A stretch of DNA of 64,000 nt from Takakia lepidozioides (lineage: Eukaryota; Plantae; Bryophyta), in assembly GCA_030704615.1 (NCBI GenBank), contig CM060734.1, forward strand, positions 10,602,001 to 10,666,000. Reading direction: 5' to 3'. Positions 63,358-64,000 of the stretch are shown piece by piece. The stretch's first letter is position 1; every line of letters starts with the position of its first letter. The translations under genes were made by a program, and so were the position numbers. The notes beneath the pieces were generated by a model. It had not been told where the DNA came from. It saw only the letters and a list, made by a program, of their open reading frames with translations, and did no database searches.

Positions 63358-64000
63358 GTGCTTCCCACCACCCCATTTCCCTCTTACCCCCCAGCCCTAT
63401 TCCCACCTAATTTGAGTAATTTCATCAGCCCCAGTGTGGCACTGAGTGTAGCCGGGGTAATCTGTGGGTGTGCGTGTGCATAGCCCTATCCAGGAAGGTC
63501 TTTCCATTGCAGTGAAGGCAATTGCGGTGGAATTTACAGGTTGTTTGTGTTCCTCTTGCATATGACTTTGTGAGTCTGTCATTCATAATTCTCAGGTGAT
63601 GTCGAATCTGAGAAGGAAAGAGGTGAACAGACCTGAGACTCATGACGTGTTCATCTGGAGATGAATAAATCACACCGTGCCTTCTGAGGACTCGTTGGCG
63701 AATATGAGGGTTCGTTGGGTGCATATAGTCGGTTGTCTTAATATTATGAATTGTGCCTGGAAGTGACATGGAATCTACTGGGGTTAAGGAGGAGGGTTTT
63801 AACTTGCTTGGCACTTGGATGGCATTTACCTGGGGAACATATGTATGTCCAAACCCCACCCAGATAATCTTTGTAACTGAAATCTTGTGTGGAGGATCAT
63901 TTCGTCTTAGCTACAGCAATGTATGCAGATATGTGTCAGTAGAGTCTCTGCAAAATAGAAGATTCTTAGGTCACGGGATAGGAAAGCTCCAGACCTTAAT

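Overview
Eukaryotic nuclear DNA, most likely from a non-seed land plant or other streptophyte (spliced RAN1-type Cu-ATPase, plastid chaperonin-60 beta, plant-type TEs); the species cannot be determined. The window has two zones. 1-44.4 kb is a transposon nest: LINE relics, an 11.5-kb Mutator-like (MULE) element bounded by a perfect 9-bp TSD (4397-15910), a full-length 13.2-kb Ty3/Gypsy element with 5-bp TSD and extra 3' ORFs (18151-31362) inserted in an older Gypsy, a deleted sister Gypsy, and a second, divergent, inverted MULE of the same architecture (~36.5-44.4 kb). 47-64 kb holds three + strand host genes: a RAN1/HMA7-like Cu ATPase, CPN60B, and the start of a BTB/POZ gene. The most interesting system is the MULE family. 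A GCM-like/DDE/SWIM transposase gene lies head-to-head with a spliced gene encoding a ParB/Srx-like domain (DGNHR) and, in the complete copy, a beta-class N6/N4 DNA-methyltransferase-like domain. In both copies the introns of that gene carry arrays of ~22-28-bp palindromes with a shared core TG[G/T]CGT-CA-ACG[C/A]CA but family-specific arms, resembling parS or anti-silencing target sites. Both copies are pseudogenised. All domain calls come from motif recognition by eye, not database searches.
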